DNA of 64,000 nt. It comes from Escherichia coli. GTDB taxonomy: Bacteria > Pseudomonadota > Gammaproteobacteria > Enterobacterales > Enterobacteriaceae. Below the pieces are notes generated by a model, which worked only from the letters and a program-made list of their open reading frames with translations, had not been told where the DNA came from and did not search any database. The stretch lies in the NCBI RefSeq assembly GCF_048403405.1, contig NZ_CP183129.1, one strand, 5' to 3'. Below are positions 1 to 9,725 of the stretch, in pieces. Position numbers and translations under genes: made by a program. Every line of letters starts with the position of its first letter. Position 1 is the stretch's first letter.

Positions 1-653
1 AGCGGAATGCCGCTTAAGCTGACGTTCATAATGCGCGTACGTTCCAGCTTTTTCACTTCGTAACCAAAGTGCTCGCACATGCGCCGGATCTGACGGTTCA
101 GCCCCTGCACCAGGGTAATGCGGAAGACAAACGGCGCTTCTTTTTTGACTTTGCACTTTTTCGTCACCGTCCCGAGGATCGGCACCCCCGCCCCCATACC
201 ACGAATAAATTCATCGGTAATCGGTTTATCGACCGTCACCAGATACTCTTTCTCATGATCGTTACCCGCACGGAGGATCTTATTCACCAGATCGCCGTGA
301 TTGGTGAGGAAAATCAGCCCCTGGGAGTCTTTATCCAGGCGGCCAATCGGGAACACGCGTTTGCTGTGGTTAACGAAATCGACAATGTTATCGCGCTCGC
401 CATCTTCGGTGGTGCTGACAATACCGACGGGCTTGTTCAGGGCGATAAGTACCAAATCTTCGGCTTCCCGAGGCTCAATCAACTGACCGTTTACTTTCAC
501 AACGTCGCCGGGTTTCACCTGATCGCCAATGGTGGCTCGCTTGCCATTAAGGAACACATTGCCTTGCTCGATATAGCGATCCGCTTCGCGGCGTGAGCAA
601 ATTCCGCTTTCGCTGATGTATTTATTTAAACGGACTGATGAGTCGGGCAGCAT
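1..653 (-). CDS. rluF: 23S rRNA pseudouridine synthase RluF; N-terminal part only, 3' end lies before window start
   Basis: Minus-strand translation from ATG at 651-653 gives [45 protein letters not shown]... (S4 domain then pseudouridine synthase core). Track ORF 69-596(+) is its antisense artefact. Confidence 0.85.
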   Translation of the reverse strand, partial: MLPDSSVRLNKYISESGICSRREADRYIEQGNVFLNGKRATIGDQVKPGDVVKVNGQLIEPREAEDLVLIALNKPVGIVSTTEDGERDNIVDFVNHSKRVFPIGRLDKDSQGLIFLTNHGDLVNKILRAGNDHEKEYLVTVDKPITDEFIRGMGAGVPILGTVTKKCKVKKEAPFVFRITLVQGLNRQIRRMCEHFGYEVKKLERTRIMNVSLSGIP

Positions 654-970
654 AAATTCTCCTGTAAAACGCGGAATATACCGTACCTCTTAGCGGGGAA
701 AAACAGGGTTATGCGGCAACGTCGAAATTAAATGTGATCTGCCACGCCTTTTATCACAAAAGTGTCTCCGGAAGTACGATGCAAATTTGCCTGGCAAAAT
801 AAGGATAATCAACATATTACGAATCGCTGCACACCTGTGCTGATGACTACTACGCAGAGAAACAAATGTGCAAGAGAAAGCGCTATTTCTCCCCATGCAA
901 AGAGTGAAAAATCGCTTTGAAAGGCCATCATGATGGGGTTATATCAGATCAAGCGGTGAGAAAGCGTATT

Positions 971-984
971 TGCACAAATGTGCA
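971..984. promoter_or_regulatory. Perfect 14-bp palindrome TGCACAAATGTGCA just upstream of the sorC start; candidate operator
   Basis: Palindrome read directly; ends 16 bp before the sorC ATG at 1001, with the AGGAGG RBS between them. Confidence 0.3.
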
Positions 985-1000
985 GAACCAGGAGGCGGCA

Positions 1001-1948
1001 ATGGAAAACAGTGACGATATCCGTTTGATTGTGAAGATTGCCCAACTCTATTACGAACAGGATATGACGCAGGCGCAAATCGCGCGCGAACTGGGTATTT
1101 ACCGCACCACCATCAGCCGCTTGCTTAAACGAGGCCGCGATCAGGGAATTGTCACCATCGCCATCAACTATGACTACAACGAAAATCTCTGGCTGGAGCA
1201 GCAACTGAAGCAAAAGTTTGGCCTGAAAGACGTTGTGGTGGTGTCGGGAAATGATGAGGATGAAGAGACTCAACTGGCGATGATGGGGTTACACGGCGCG
1301 CAACTGCTGGATCGCTTGCTGGAGCCTGGCGATATTGTCGGTTTTTCCTGGGGTCGCGCGGTGAGCGCACTGGTTGAAAACTTGCCGCAGGCGGGGCAAT
1401 CGCGGCAGTTAATCTGCGTACCAATTATTGGCGGACCGTCCGGTAAACTCGAAAGCCGCTATCACGTAAACACATTAACCTACAGCGCGGCAGCGAAGCT
1501 GAAAGGGGAATCGCATCTCGCAGATTTTCCGGCTCTGCTGGATAACCCCTTAATTCGTAATGGGATCATGCAGTCTCAGCACTTTAAAACCATCTCTGCC
1601 TACTGGGATAATCTGGATGTCGCCCTGGTGGGAATTGGCTCACCGGCCATTCGCGACGGCGCTAACTGGCATGCGTTTTATGGTGGTGAAGAGAGTGACG
1701 ACCTGAATGCCCGCCAGGTTGCTGGCGATATTTGCTCGCGCTTTTTTGATATTCACGGCGCAATGGTTGAAACGAATATGAGCGAAAAAACACTCTCTAT
1801 CGAAATGAATAAATTAAAGCAGGCGCGGTATTCCATTGGCATTGCCATGAGTGAAGAAAAATACAGCGGAATTGTTGGTGCACTGCGTGGAAAATATATT
1901 AATTGTCTGGTAACGAATAGCAGCACAGCTGAACTATTACTGAAATAA
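1001..1948 (+). CDS. sorC: SorC-family transcriptional regulator of the sorbose operon
   Basis: Track ORF 917-1948; likely true start is internal ATG at 1001 (MENSDDIRLIVKIAQLYYEQDMTQAQIARELGIYRTTISRLLKRGRDQGIV) preceded by AGGAGG. HTH N-terminus plus sugar-binding domain; first gene of a sorCDFBAME-like cluster. Confidence 0.8.
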   Translation: MENSDDIRLIVKIAQLYYEQDMTQAQIARELGIYRTTISRLLKRGRDQGIVTIAINYDYNENLWLEQQLKQKFGLKDVVVVSGNDEDEETQLAMMGLHGAQLLDRLLEPGDIVGFSWGRAVSALVENLPQAGQSRQLICVPIIGGPSGKLESRYHVNTLTYSAAAKLKGESHLADFPALLDNPLIRNGIMQSQHFKTISAYWDNLDVALVGIGSPAIRDGANWHAFYGGEESDDLNARQVAGDICSRFFDIHGAMVETNMSEKTLSIEMNKLKQARYSIGIAMSEEKYSGIVGALRGKYINCLVTNSSTAELLLK

Positions 1949-2017
1949 AAATCTTCCCGATGTTTACCGTAATAAAAATTACGGCGGGTCCCTATTATCT
2001 AAAATCAGGAGTCTGTT

Positions 2018-2824
2018 ATGCAAACGTGGTTAAATTTGCAGGATAAAATCATTATCGTCACCGGCGGCGCATCCGGTATTGGTCTGGCGATTGTAGAGGA
2101 ATTATTAGCACAAGGCGCAAACGTACAGATGGTAGATATTCACGGTGGCGATGGTCAATATGAAGGTCATAAAGGCTATCAGTTTTGGCCGACCGATATT
2201 TCCAGCGCCAAAGAGGTAAATCATACGGTAGCGGAAATTATCCAGCGTTTTGGTCGCATCGACGGTCTGGCCAATAACGCCGGGGTCAATTTCCCGCGTC
2301 TGCTGGTCGATGAGAAAGCGCCTGCCGGGCAGTATGAACTCAACGAAGCTGCATTCGAAAAAATGGTCAATATCAACCAGAAAGGCGTTTTTCTGATGTC
2401 GCAGGCGGTGGCGCGACAGATGGTCAAACAACATGATGGCGTGATTGTGAATGTTTCCTCAGAAAGTGGGCTGGAAGGCTCAGAAGGCCAAAGCTGTTAC
2501 GCCGCGACCAAAGCCGCGCTCAATAGCTTCACGCGCTCCTGGTCGAAAGAGCTGGGTAAGCACGGTATCCGTGTGGTCGGTATCGCGCCAGGGATTCTGG
2601 AAAAAACAGGACTGCGCACGCCGGAATATGAAGAAGCGCTGGCGTGGACGCGCAATATCACCGTCGAGCAGCTGCGTGAAGGCTATACCAAAAATTCCAT
2701 TCCTATTGGGCGCGCCGGAAGATTAGCAGAAGTGGCTGATTTTGTTTGTTATCTGCTGTCTGAACGCGCCAGCTATATCACCGGAGTAACCACTAACATT
2801 GCAGGCGGCAAAACGCGCGGCTAA
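2018..2824 (+). CDS. sorD: Short-chain dehydrogenase/reductase, sorbitol-6-phosphate dehydrogenase-like
   Basis: 268 aa with N-terminal TGGASGIGLA Rossmann motif and a downstream catalytic Y-x3-K motif (YAATK); RBS AGGAG upstream; position in operon. Confidence 0.8.
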   Translation: MQTWLNLQDKIIIVTGGASGIGLAIVEELLAQGANVQMVDIHGGDGQYEGHKGYQFWPTDISSAKEVNHTVAEIIQRFGRIDGLANNAGVNFPRLLVDEKAPAGQYELNEAAFEKMVNINQKGVFLMSQAVARQMVKQHDGVIVNVSSESGLEGSEGQSCYAATKAALNSFTRSWSKELGKHGIRVVGIAPGILEKTGLRTPEYEEALAWTRNITVEQLREGYTKNSIPIGRAGRLAEVADFVCYLLSERASYITGVTTNIAGGKTRG

Positions 2825-2833
2825 GGAGGCTTT

Positions 2834-3241
2834 ATGGTCAATGCCATTTTTTGCGCCCACGGCAAATTAGCCTGCGCCATGCTGGAATCGGTTCAGATGG
2901 TGTACGGCGATGCCAGGGTCGAGGCAGTTGAATTTGTGCCCGGCGAGAACGCCGGAGACATTGTGGCAAAGCTGGAGAAGTTAGTGAGCATTCACAATCA
3001 TGGCGAGTGGCTAATTGCCGTGGATTTACAGTGCGGTAGCCCGTGGAATGCAGCAGCGACGCTTGCGATGCGCAATCCGCACCTGCGGGTGATCAGCGGC
3101 CTTTCCCTGCCACTGGCGCTCGAACTGGTTGATAACCAGGACAGCATGAATGTTGATGAACTGTGTGAACACCTGACGCAAATCGCAAAGCAAACCTGCG
3201 TTGTCTGGAAACAACTGGCAACAGCGGAGGAGGATTTCTGA
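2834..3241 (+). CDS. sorF: PTS mannose/sorbose-family EIIA component
   Basis: 135 aa, MVNAIFCAHGKLA...; EIIA-Man fold signature with conserved His; RBS AAGGAGG. Confidence 0.8.
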   Translation: MVNAIFCAHGKLACAMLESVQMVYGDARVEAVEFVPGENAGDIVAKLEKLVSIHNHGEWLIAVDLQCGSPWNAAATLAMRNPHLRVISGLSLPLALELVDNQDSMNVDELCEHLTQIAKQTCVVWKQLATAEEDF

Positions 3242-3735
3242 TGAACATTACGCTCGCCCGCATTGATGACCGCCTGATCCACGGTCAGGTCACTACCGTC
3301 TGGTCGAAAGTGGCTAACGCCCAGCGCATTATTATCTGCAATGACGAAGTTTATAACGATGAAGTTCGCCGGACATTATTGCGTCAGGCTGCGCCACCGG
3401 GAATGAAGGTTAACGTGGTCAATATTGAAAAAGCCGTCGCGGTTTATCACAACCCGCAATATCAGGACGAAACCGTTTTTTATCTTTTCACTCGCCCACA
3501 GGATGCCTTAGCGATGGTTCGCCAGGGGGTAAAAATAGACACCCTGAATATTGGCGGCATGGCCTGGCGGCCCGGTAAAAAACAGTTAACCAAAGCGGTT
3601 TCATTAGATGATGATGATATTAACGCATTTTATGAGTTAAATAATCTTGGCGTCATACTGGATTTACGCGTCGTAGCGTCAGATCCCTCAATCAATATTA
3701 TCGACAAAATAAACGAACAGTTAATCGCAAATTAA
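3241..3735 (+). CDS. sorB: PTS mannose/sorbose-family EIIB component
   Basis: 164 aa, MNITLARIDDRLIHGQV... (EIIB-Man motif with phosphorylatable His); start overlaps sorF stop (TGATG). Confidence 0.8.
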   Translation: MNITLARIDDRLIHGQVTTVWSKVANAQRIIICNDEVYNDEVRRTLLRQAAPPGMKVNVVNIEKAVAVYHNPQYQDETVFYLFTRPQDALAMVRQGVKIDTLNIGGMAWRPGKKQLTKAVSLDDDDINAFYELNNLGVILDLRVVASDPSINIIDKINEQLIAN

Positions 3736-3800
3736 ATAATAGCGCCTGTGTACATATGCTTTAACAGGCAGGGATGACGACACTTAAAAGGTGACAAATC

Positions 3801-4598
3801 ATGGAAATAAGTACCCTACAAATCATTGCTATATTTCTTTTTTCCTGTATTGCCGGAATGGGCAGCGTGCTGGATGAATTTCAGACTCATCGCCCGTTAA
3901 TTGCCTGTACGGTGATTGGTTTAATTCTCGGTGATTTAAAAACCGGAATAATACTCGGTGGTACGCTGGAATTGATAGCTCTCGGCTGGATGAACGTCGG
4001 CGCGGCGCAATCTCCAGATTCTGCACTCGCCAGCATAATCTCCGCCATTCTGGTTATCGTTGGTCAGCAAAGCATCGCCACCGGAATCGCCATCGCGTTG
4101 CCTGTGGCTGCGGCAGGCCAGGTGCTGACGGTGTTTGCCCGTACCATCACAGTAGTGTTCCAGCACGCGGCGGATAAAGCAGCAGAAGAGGCGCGGTTTC
4201 GCACTCTCGATATTCTGCATGTCTCCGCGCTTGGCGTGCAGGCGCTGCGCGTTGCTATTCCGGCACTGATTGTCTCGCTGTTCGTCAGCGCCGATATGGT
4301 CAGCAATATGTTAAACGCCATTCCCGAATTTGTGACCCGAGGACTACAGATTGCTGGCGGTTTTATCGTGGTGGTCGGTTACGCCATGGTGCTACGTATG
4401 ATGGGCGTGAAATATTTGATGCCTTTCTTTTTCCTCGGTTTCCTCGCAGGTGGCTACCTCGATCTCAGTCTGCTGGCGTTCGGTGGCGTCGGCGTGATCA
4501 TGGCCCTGCTCTACATCCAGCTAAATCCACAGTGGCGTAAAGCTGAACCTCAACTCCAGGCCACCGCCTCCACCGCCCTTGACCAACTTGACGATTAA
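3801..4598 (+). CDS. sorA: PTS mannose/sorbose-family EIIC membrane component
   Basis: 265 aa hydrophobic multi-pass protein, ManY-like. Confidence 0.8.
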   Translation: MEISTLQIIAIFLFSCIAGMGSVLDEFQTHRPLIACTVIGLILGDLKTGIILGGTLELIALGWMNVGAAQSPDSALASIISAILVIVGQQSIATGIAIALPVAAAGQVLTVFARTITVVFQHAADKAAEEARFRTLDILHVSALGVQALRVAIPALIVSLFVSADMVSNMLNAIPEFVTRGLQIAGGFIVVVGYAMVLRMMGVKYLMPFFFLGFLAGGYLDLSLLAFGGVGVIMALLYIQLNPQWRKAEPQLQATASTALDQLDD

Positions 4599-4608
4599 CG
4601 GAGCCATC

Positions 4609-5433
4609 ATGGAACAGAGAAAAATTACACGCAGCGATCTGGTGAGCATGTTTCTGCGCTCCAACCTGCAACAGGCGTCCTTTAACTTTGAACGTATTCA
4701 CGGGCTGGGTTTTTGCTACGACATGATCCCCGCCATCAAGCGACTTTACCCATTAAAAGAGGATCAGGTTGCGGCGCTCAGGCGACACCTGGTGTTCTTC
4801 AATACCACGCCAGCCGTATGTGGCCCGGTCATCGGCGTCACTGCCGCCATGGAAGAGGCGCGGGCCAACGGCGCGGAAATTGATGACGGTACCATTAACG
4901 GCATCAAAGTCGGTCTGATGGGACCATTGGCAGGAGTTGGCGATCCACTGGTCTGGGGAACGCTGCGCCCGATTACCGCCGCGCTCGGCGCATCTCTGGC
5001 ACTTTCGGGCAACATTCTCGGCCCGCTGCTGTTTTTCTTTATTTTCAATGCGGTGCGTCTGGCGATGAAGTGGTATGGCCTACAGCTCGGCTTTCGCAAA
5101 GGGGTGAATATCGTCAGCGATATGGGCGGGAATGTGCTGCAAAAACTCACCGAAGGCGCGTCGATTCTCGGACTGTTTGTGATGGGCGTGCTGGTGACCA
5201 AATGGACGTCAATCAACGTACCGTTGGTGGTTTCACAAACGCATGCCGCCGATGGCTCCACCGTCACCATGACCGTGCAGAACATTCTCGACCAACTTTG
5301 CCCTGGTTTGCTGGCGCTCGGTCTGACGCTACTGATGGTTCGTCTGCTCAACAAAAAAATTAACCCGGTATGGCTGATTTTCGCCCTGTTTGGCTTAGGG
5401 ATTATCGGCAATGCGCTGGGCTTCCTGTCCTGA
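4609..5433 (+). CDS. sorM: PTS mannose/sorbose-family EIID membrane component
   Basis: Track ORF 4579-5433; start taken at ATG 4609 (MEQRKITRSDLVSMFLRSNLQQASFNFERIHGLGF, ManZ-like N-terminus) with GGAG RBS. Confidence 0.75.
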   Translation: MEQRKITRSDLVSMFLRSNLQQASFNFERIHGLGFCYDMIPAIKRLYPLKEDQVAALRRHLVFFNTTPAVCGPVIGVTAAMEEARANGAEIDDGTINGIKVGLMGPLAGVGDPLVWGTLRPITAALGASLALSGNILGPLLFFFIFNAVRLAMKWYGLQLGFRKGVNIVSDMGGNVLQKLTEGASILGLFVMGVLVTKWTSINVPLVVSQTHAADGSTVTMTVQNILDQLCPGLLALGLTLLMVRLLNKKINPVWLIFALFGLGIIGNALGFLS

Positions 5434-5484
5434 TTCTTCGCCCCGGCACGACTGCCGGGGCCATCGCTCAACATGAGGTGGTTT

Positions 5485-6714
5485 ATGAAAACAACAGCTC
5501 TGCGTCTTTATGGTAAACGTGATTTACGCCTGGAAACCTTTGATCTTCCTGAAATGCAGGAGGATGAAATCCTCGCGACGGTGGTCACCGACAGCCTGTG
5601 CCTCTCTTCCTGGAAAGAGGCCAATCTGGGTGAAAATCATAAAAAAGTACCCGACGATGTGGCGACCAACCCCATCATCATCGGCCACGAGTTTTGCGGC
5701 GATATTCTGGCCGTGGGTAAAAAGTGGCAGCACAAATTCCAGCCGGGTCAGCGTTATGTGATTCAGGCCAACCTGCAACTCCCCGACCGCCCGGACTGCC
5801 CCGGCTACTCCTTCCCGTGGGTAGGCGGCGAAGCGACGCATGTGGTTATTCCCAACGAGGTCATGGAACAAGATTGCCTGCTGGCATACGACGGCGAAAC
5901 CTATTTTGAAGGCTCGCTGGTTGAACCGCTTTCCTGCGTGATTGGCGCGTTCAACGCCAACTATCATCTTCAGGAAGGTAGTTATAACCACACGATGGGG
6001 ATTCGCCCGCAAGGGCGCACGCTGATCCTCGGCGGCACCGGACCAATGGGACTGTTGGCGATTGATTATGCGTTGCATGGACCGGTTAACCCGTCGCTGC
6101 TCGTCATTACCGATACCGACAACGACAAATTGAGTTATGCGCGCAAGCACTATCCATCAGAACCGCAAACACTGATTCATTATCTCAATGCCGCCGATGC
6201 AGCATTTGATACGTTAATGGCACTGAGTGGCGGTCACGGCTTCGATGATATTTTCGTCTTTGTGCCTAATGAAGGACTGGTGACTCTCGCCTCTTCCTTG
6301 CTGGCGACAGATGGTTGCCTGAATTTCTTCGCCGGACCGCAGGATAAACATTTCAGCGCGCCAATTAATTTCTACGATGTGCATTATGCATTTACCCACT
6401 ACGTGGGCACGTCAGGCGGCAATACCGATGACATGCGCGCAGCAGTCAAATTGATTGAAGAGAAAAAAGTGCAGGCCGCAAAAGTGGTAACACATATTCT
6501 TGGGCTGAATGCCGCGGGCGAAACCACGCTTGAATTGCCTGCCGTCGGCGGCGGCAAAAAGCTGGTGTATACCGGGAAATACCTGCCGCTTATGTCACTC
6601 ACGCAGATTCAGGATCAAGCACTGGCGGCAATTCTGGCGCGTCATCAGGGGATCTGGTCCGGTGAGGCGGAGCAATATCTGCTCACTCATGCAGAGGCAA
6701 TTTCCCATGATTAA
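5485..6714 (+). CDS. sorE: Zinc-dependent alcohol dehydrogenase-family enzyme, sorbose-1-phosphate reductase-like
   Basis: Track ORF 5473-6714; start taken at ATG 5485 (MKTTALRLYGKRDLRLE) after GAGGTGG RBS. MDR/zinc-ADH family, last gene of the sor cluster. Confidence 0.7.
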   Translation: MKTTALRLYGKRDLRLETFDLPEMQEDEILATVVTDSLCLSSWKEANLGENHKKVPDDVATNPIIIGHEFCGDILAVGKKWQHKFQPGQRYVIQANLQLPDRPDCPGYSFPWVGGEATHVVIPNEVMEQDCLLAYDGETYFEGSLVEPLSCVIGAFNANYHLQEGSYNHTMGIRPQGRTLILGGTGPMGLLAIDYALHGPVNPSLLVITDTDNDKLSYARKHYPSEPQTLIHYLNAADAAFDTLMALSGGHGFDDIFVFVPNEGLVTLASSLLATDGCLNFFAGPQDKHFSAPINFYDVHYAFTHYVGTSGGNTDDMRAAVKLIEEKKVQAAKVVTHILGLNAAGETTLELPAVGGGKKLVYTGKYLPLMSLTQIQDQALAAILARHQGIWSGEAEQYLLTHAEAISHD

Positions 6715-6872
6715 TCGCGCTACTTAACTCTGCATGTCGCTGGCTGGTCGCCGCGGCAACTTCGCGACCGGATGTGCGGCTGATTGCTGAAGCAGCACAA
6801 TTTGCATGAGAAGGATAAAAAATATCAGCGCCTTAAGGGGCGCTCAAATTGGTGGCAAAGTACACATTGTTT

Positions 6873-6975
6873 ATGCCGGATGCGGAATGAAGCCTTATTC
6901 GGCATACATAATCTCGAAAATTCAATATATTGCAGTTATCTGGTAGGACTGGTAAGCGTAGCGCATCAGGCAATG
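6873..6975. repeat. REP/BIME-like palindromic units between sorE and pepE
   Basis: Two REP-like units, GCCGGATGCGGAATGAAGCCTTATTCGGCATAC and GGTAAGCGTAGCGCATCAGGCAATG, in the intergenic region. Confidence 0.5.
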
Positions 6976-7095
6976 CTGTGTTTGTCATCAGTCTCAGCGC
7001 CCGGTGCAATACGTGACATCGTGAGCCATGTCAGTAAGTGGTTAAATTCGCAGTGGTAGCATGCCTCCCGTGATTTCTTACTAACCGGAGAAGTA

Positions 7096-7785
7096 ATGGA
7101 ACTGCTTTTATTGAGTAACTCGACGCTGCCGGGTAAAGCCTGGCTGGAACATGCACTGCCGCTAATTGCTGAACAGTTGCAGGGTCGCCGTTCAGCGGTG
7201 TTTATCCCTTTCGCTGGCGTAACGCAGACCTGGGATGATTACACAGCGAAAACGGCTGCGGTTCTCGCTCCGCTGGGTGTTTCTGTCACCGGTATTCATA
7301 GCGTTGTCGATCCCGTTGCCGCGATTGAAAATGCTGAGATCGTGATTGTCGGCGGCGGTAATACTTTCCAGTTGCTGAAACAGTGCCGCGAGCGCGGGCT
7401 GCTGGCACCAATTACTGACGTGGTGAAACGTGGCGCGCTGTATATTGGCTGGAGCGCAGGCGCTAACCTTGCTTGCCCAACCATTCGTACCACCAACGAT
7501 ATGCCGATTGTCGATCCGCAAGGTTTCGATGCGCTAAATCTGTTCCCGCTGCAAATCAACCCGCACTTCACCAACGCGCTGCCGGAAGGTCATAAAGGTG
7601 AAACCCGTGAACAGCGTATTCGCGAACTGCTGGTCGTCGCGCCAGAACTCACAATTATTGGTCTGCCGGAAGGTAACTGGATCACAGTGAGTAAAGGTCA
7701 CGCAACGCTGGGTGGCCCGAACACCACTTATGTGTTTAAGGCTGGTGAAGAAGCGGTTCCGCTGGAAGCGGGTCACCGTTTTTAA
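7096..7785 (+). CDS. pepE: Peptidase E (alpha-aspartyl dipeptidase)
   Basis: 229 aa, [41 protein letters not shown]...; S51 peptidase family. Confidence 0.9.
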
Positions 7786-7792
7786 GTGAATT

Positions 7793-7860
7793 GCCGGATG
7801 CATGATCCGGCATCTTGTACATAGTGCCTGATGCGACGCTTTACATGTCTTATCAGGCCT
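7793..7860. repeat. REP element between pepE and yjbB
   Basis: Canonical REP motif TGCCTGATGCGACGCT...TCTTATCAGGCC plus short palindrome GCCGGATGCATGATCCGGC. Confidence 0.55.
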
Positions 7861-7874
7861 TCAGGGTCACGGTA

Positions 7875-9506
7875 TTAATACTCGTCCCGTCCTTCATCTT
7901 CATCCGGCTGTTCCAGCACACTGTAAGCCACCGAACAAAACAGCGAGTTCAGACGCTGCATATCTCCCAGTAAGCCTAAATGTAGCGAACTGGTTTCAAT
8001 ACTCTGCACGTTTTGCTGGTGCAGGCGATCGACGTGGGCGTGAGAATAGCGGCGATTAAGAATGCGAAAACGATGTTTGCTGCGGCGCAAACGACGGGCG
8101 CTGGTAACATCGCCAGAGAAGAAAACCGACATTGCCAGTTTTAAATTACTGAGCAATTGCTCATAGAGCGCATCCAGTTCCTTCAAGCCATCAAGCGAAA
8201 ATGCTCGCCTTGCAGCCAGCGATTTGTCGGCAATTTCGCTGCCCATGCGCTCGACGATATCGGAGGCCTGCTCAAGGTTAAGCGACATTTCGATGATCTC
8301 CGCCCAGCGACGCGACTCTTCCTCCGCCAGCTCTTCTTTTGGCATTCGCGCCAGATACAGCTTAATGGCGGTGTAGAGAACGTTGATATCATCTGCCAGC
8401 TTACGCAGCTCTTTCTCCTGCCGTGGCTCGCCGTGCATCACTTTATTCAACCCTTCCATCATCTGTTCCATGGCGTCGCCAATGCGCAGGGTTTCGCGCG
8501 CGGCGTTCGCCAGAGCAAGCGTGGGCGTATCCAGCGCGCTGACATCCAGATGTTTAGGCCGTAGCTGGGTATCCAGTTCCGGTTCATCGCGAATAATCGT
8601 TTTGCAAAACCGTGCCATCGGGTCAACAAATGGCAGCATGACCAGGCAACGTACAAGGTTGTAGAAGACATGGAAATAGATCACCAGTTCCGCTTTTGGC
8701 AATGACAACTTCCCCATTGTCTCTGCCAGCAAATGGACAAACGGCAGGATAATCAGGCTACCCACCAGCTTAAACAGCAGACTACCCAGCGCGACACGGC
8801 GGGCTGCGGCATTGGCGGCACTGTTGTTGAGCATCGCCAGCAGGCCGGAACCGAGGTTAGCACCAATCACCAGACAGAGCGCCACGGGGAAGGAGATAAT
8901 GCCTGCAGCGGTCAGAGTCGCGGTCAGCAGTACAGCAGCAAGGCTGGAGTAGCTGATAATGGCGAACATCGCGCCAATCAGCGCATCCAGCAGAATGTCA
9001 CCCGTCAGCGAGGCAAAGATCACCTGAACGCCGTTTGCCTGGGTGATCGGCGTTACGGCCTGCACAATCAACTCCAGCGCCAGCAAAATCAACCCAAGAC
9101 CAATACCGACGCGGCCCAGTTGCCCGGCGCGTGACTGTTTGCGTCCGAGGAAAAAAATCACGCCGATAAAAATAAGTAATGGTGACAGCCAGGATAAATC
9201 GAAGGTGAGAATACGCGCCATTAGCGCCGTCCCGACATCTGCACCCAGCACAATCACCAGAGCCGGTGCGAGGGCTACCAGATCCTGAGCGACGAACGAG
9301 GTCACCAGCATGGTGGTGGCATTACTGCTCTGTACCAGTGCGGTAACGCCGATCCCCGCGCAAAAGGCGAGCGGCTTTTTTTCGACGCTCCGGCTAAGGA
9401 CAGTACGCAAACGCGCGCCGAAGACGCGCATTACGCCGGTTCGAACAATATGCGTCCCCCAGACCAGCAGGGCGACGGCAGAAAGCAGGTGAAGCAGCGT
9501 TAACAC
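7875..9506 (-). CDS. yjbB: Na+/phosphate symporter-family inner membrane protein
   Basis: 543 aa; hydrophobic N-terminal half (PNaS-type) and PhoU-like C-terminal half. Confidence 0.85.
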   Translation of the reverse strand: MLTLLHLLSAVALLVWGTHIVRTGVMRVFGARLRTVLSRSVEKKPLAFCAGIGVTALVQSSNATTMLVTSFVAQDLVALAPALVIVLGADVGTALMARILTFDLSWLSPLLIFIGVIFFLGRKQSRAGQLGRVGIGLGLILLALELIVQAVTPITQANGVQVIFASLTGDILLDALIGAMFAIISYSSLAAVLLTATLTAAGIISFPVALCLVIGANLGSGLLAMLNNSAANAAARRVALGSLLFKLVGSLIILPFVHLLAETMGKLSLPKAELVIYFHVFYNLVRCLVMLPFVDPMARFCKTIIRDEPELDTQLRPKHLDVSALDTPTLALANAARETLRIGDAMEQMMEGLNKVMHGEPRQEKELRKLADDINVLYTAIKLYLARMPKEELAEEESRRWAEIIEMSLNLEQASDIVERMGSEIADKSLAARRAFSLDGLKELDALYEQLLSNLKLAMSVFFSGDVTSARRLRRSKHRFRILNRRYSHAHVDRLHQQNVQSIETSSLHLGLLGDMQRLNSLFCSVAYSVLEQPDEDEGRDEY

Positions 9507-9680
9507 GAGTTCAGGTTCTCCTTATCGTTATATGTTCCTGAAGCAATTGAATGACCAAAGGACCGGAAACACGCTGACTGGCATCTTTACTGTGCCTTTT
9601 GACCTTCGTTTTTCCGGCTAAGATTATTCCAGCCTGATTCCAGTATAAGTGTTTCATATTAATAAAGAGACAGGGCACTC

Positions 9681-9708
9681 ATTGAGCGCCCTGTTTGTTG
9701 TAAGGAAA
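9681..9708 (-). terminator. Rho-independent terminator downstream of metH
   Basis: Hairpin CAGGGCGCTCAATGAGTGCCCTG on minus strand followed by T-rich tract, directly after metH stop. Confidence 0.5.
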
Positions 9709-9725
9709 AGTGACAGATTTGTGAA

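Noticed and set aside
69-596. Plus-strand 175-aa ORF at the window start
   Set aside because: The opposite strand encodes a clear RluF N-terminus; the plus-strand translation has no recognisable features.
917-1000. 28-codon N-terminal extension of sorC in the track (and similar extensions on sorM, sorE, iclR, zraP, thiF, thiS, thiG, rpoB, aceA, aceB, coaA, metH)
   Set aside because: Track ORFs run from the first in-frame ATG; internal starts with proper RBS spacing match known protein N-termini and avoid overlap with promoters and upstream genes.
5524-6150. Minus-strand 208-aa ORF inside sorE
   Set aside because: Fully embedded antisense to the zinc-ADH-type sorE; no RBS or domain features.
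654-7095. Sor island as a possible novel phage-defence or mobile system
   Set aside because: Gene content is fully explained by a classical sugar PTS catabolic operon. No integrase, transposase, nuclease, ATPase or toxin-like ORFs and no direct repeats suggesting recent mobility.
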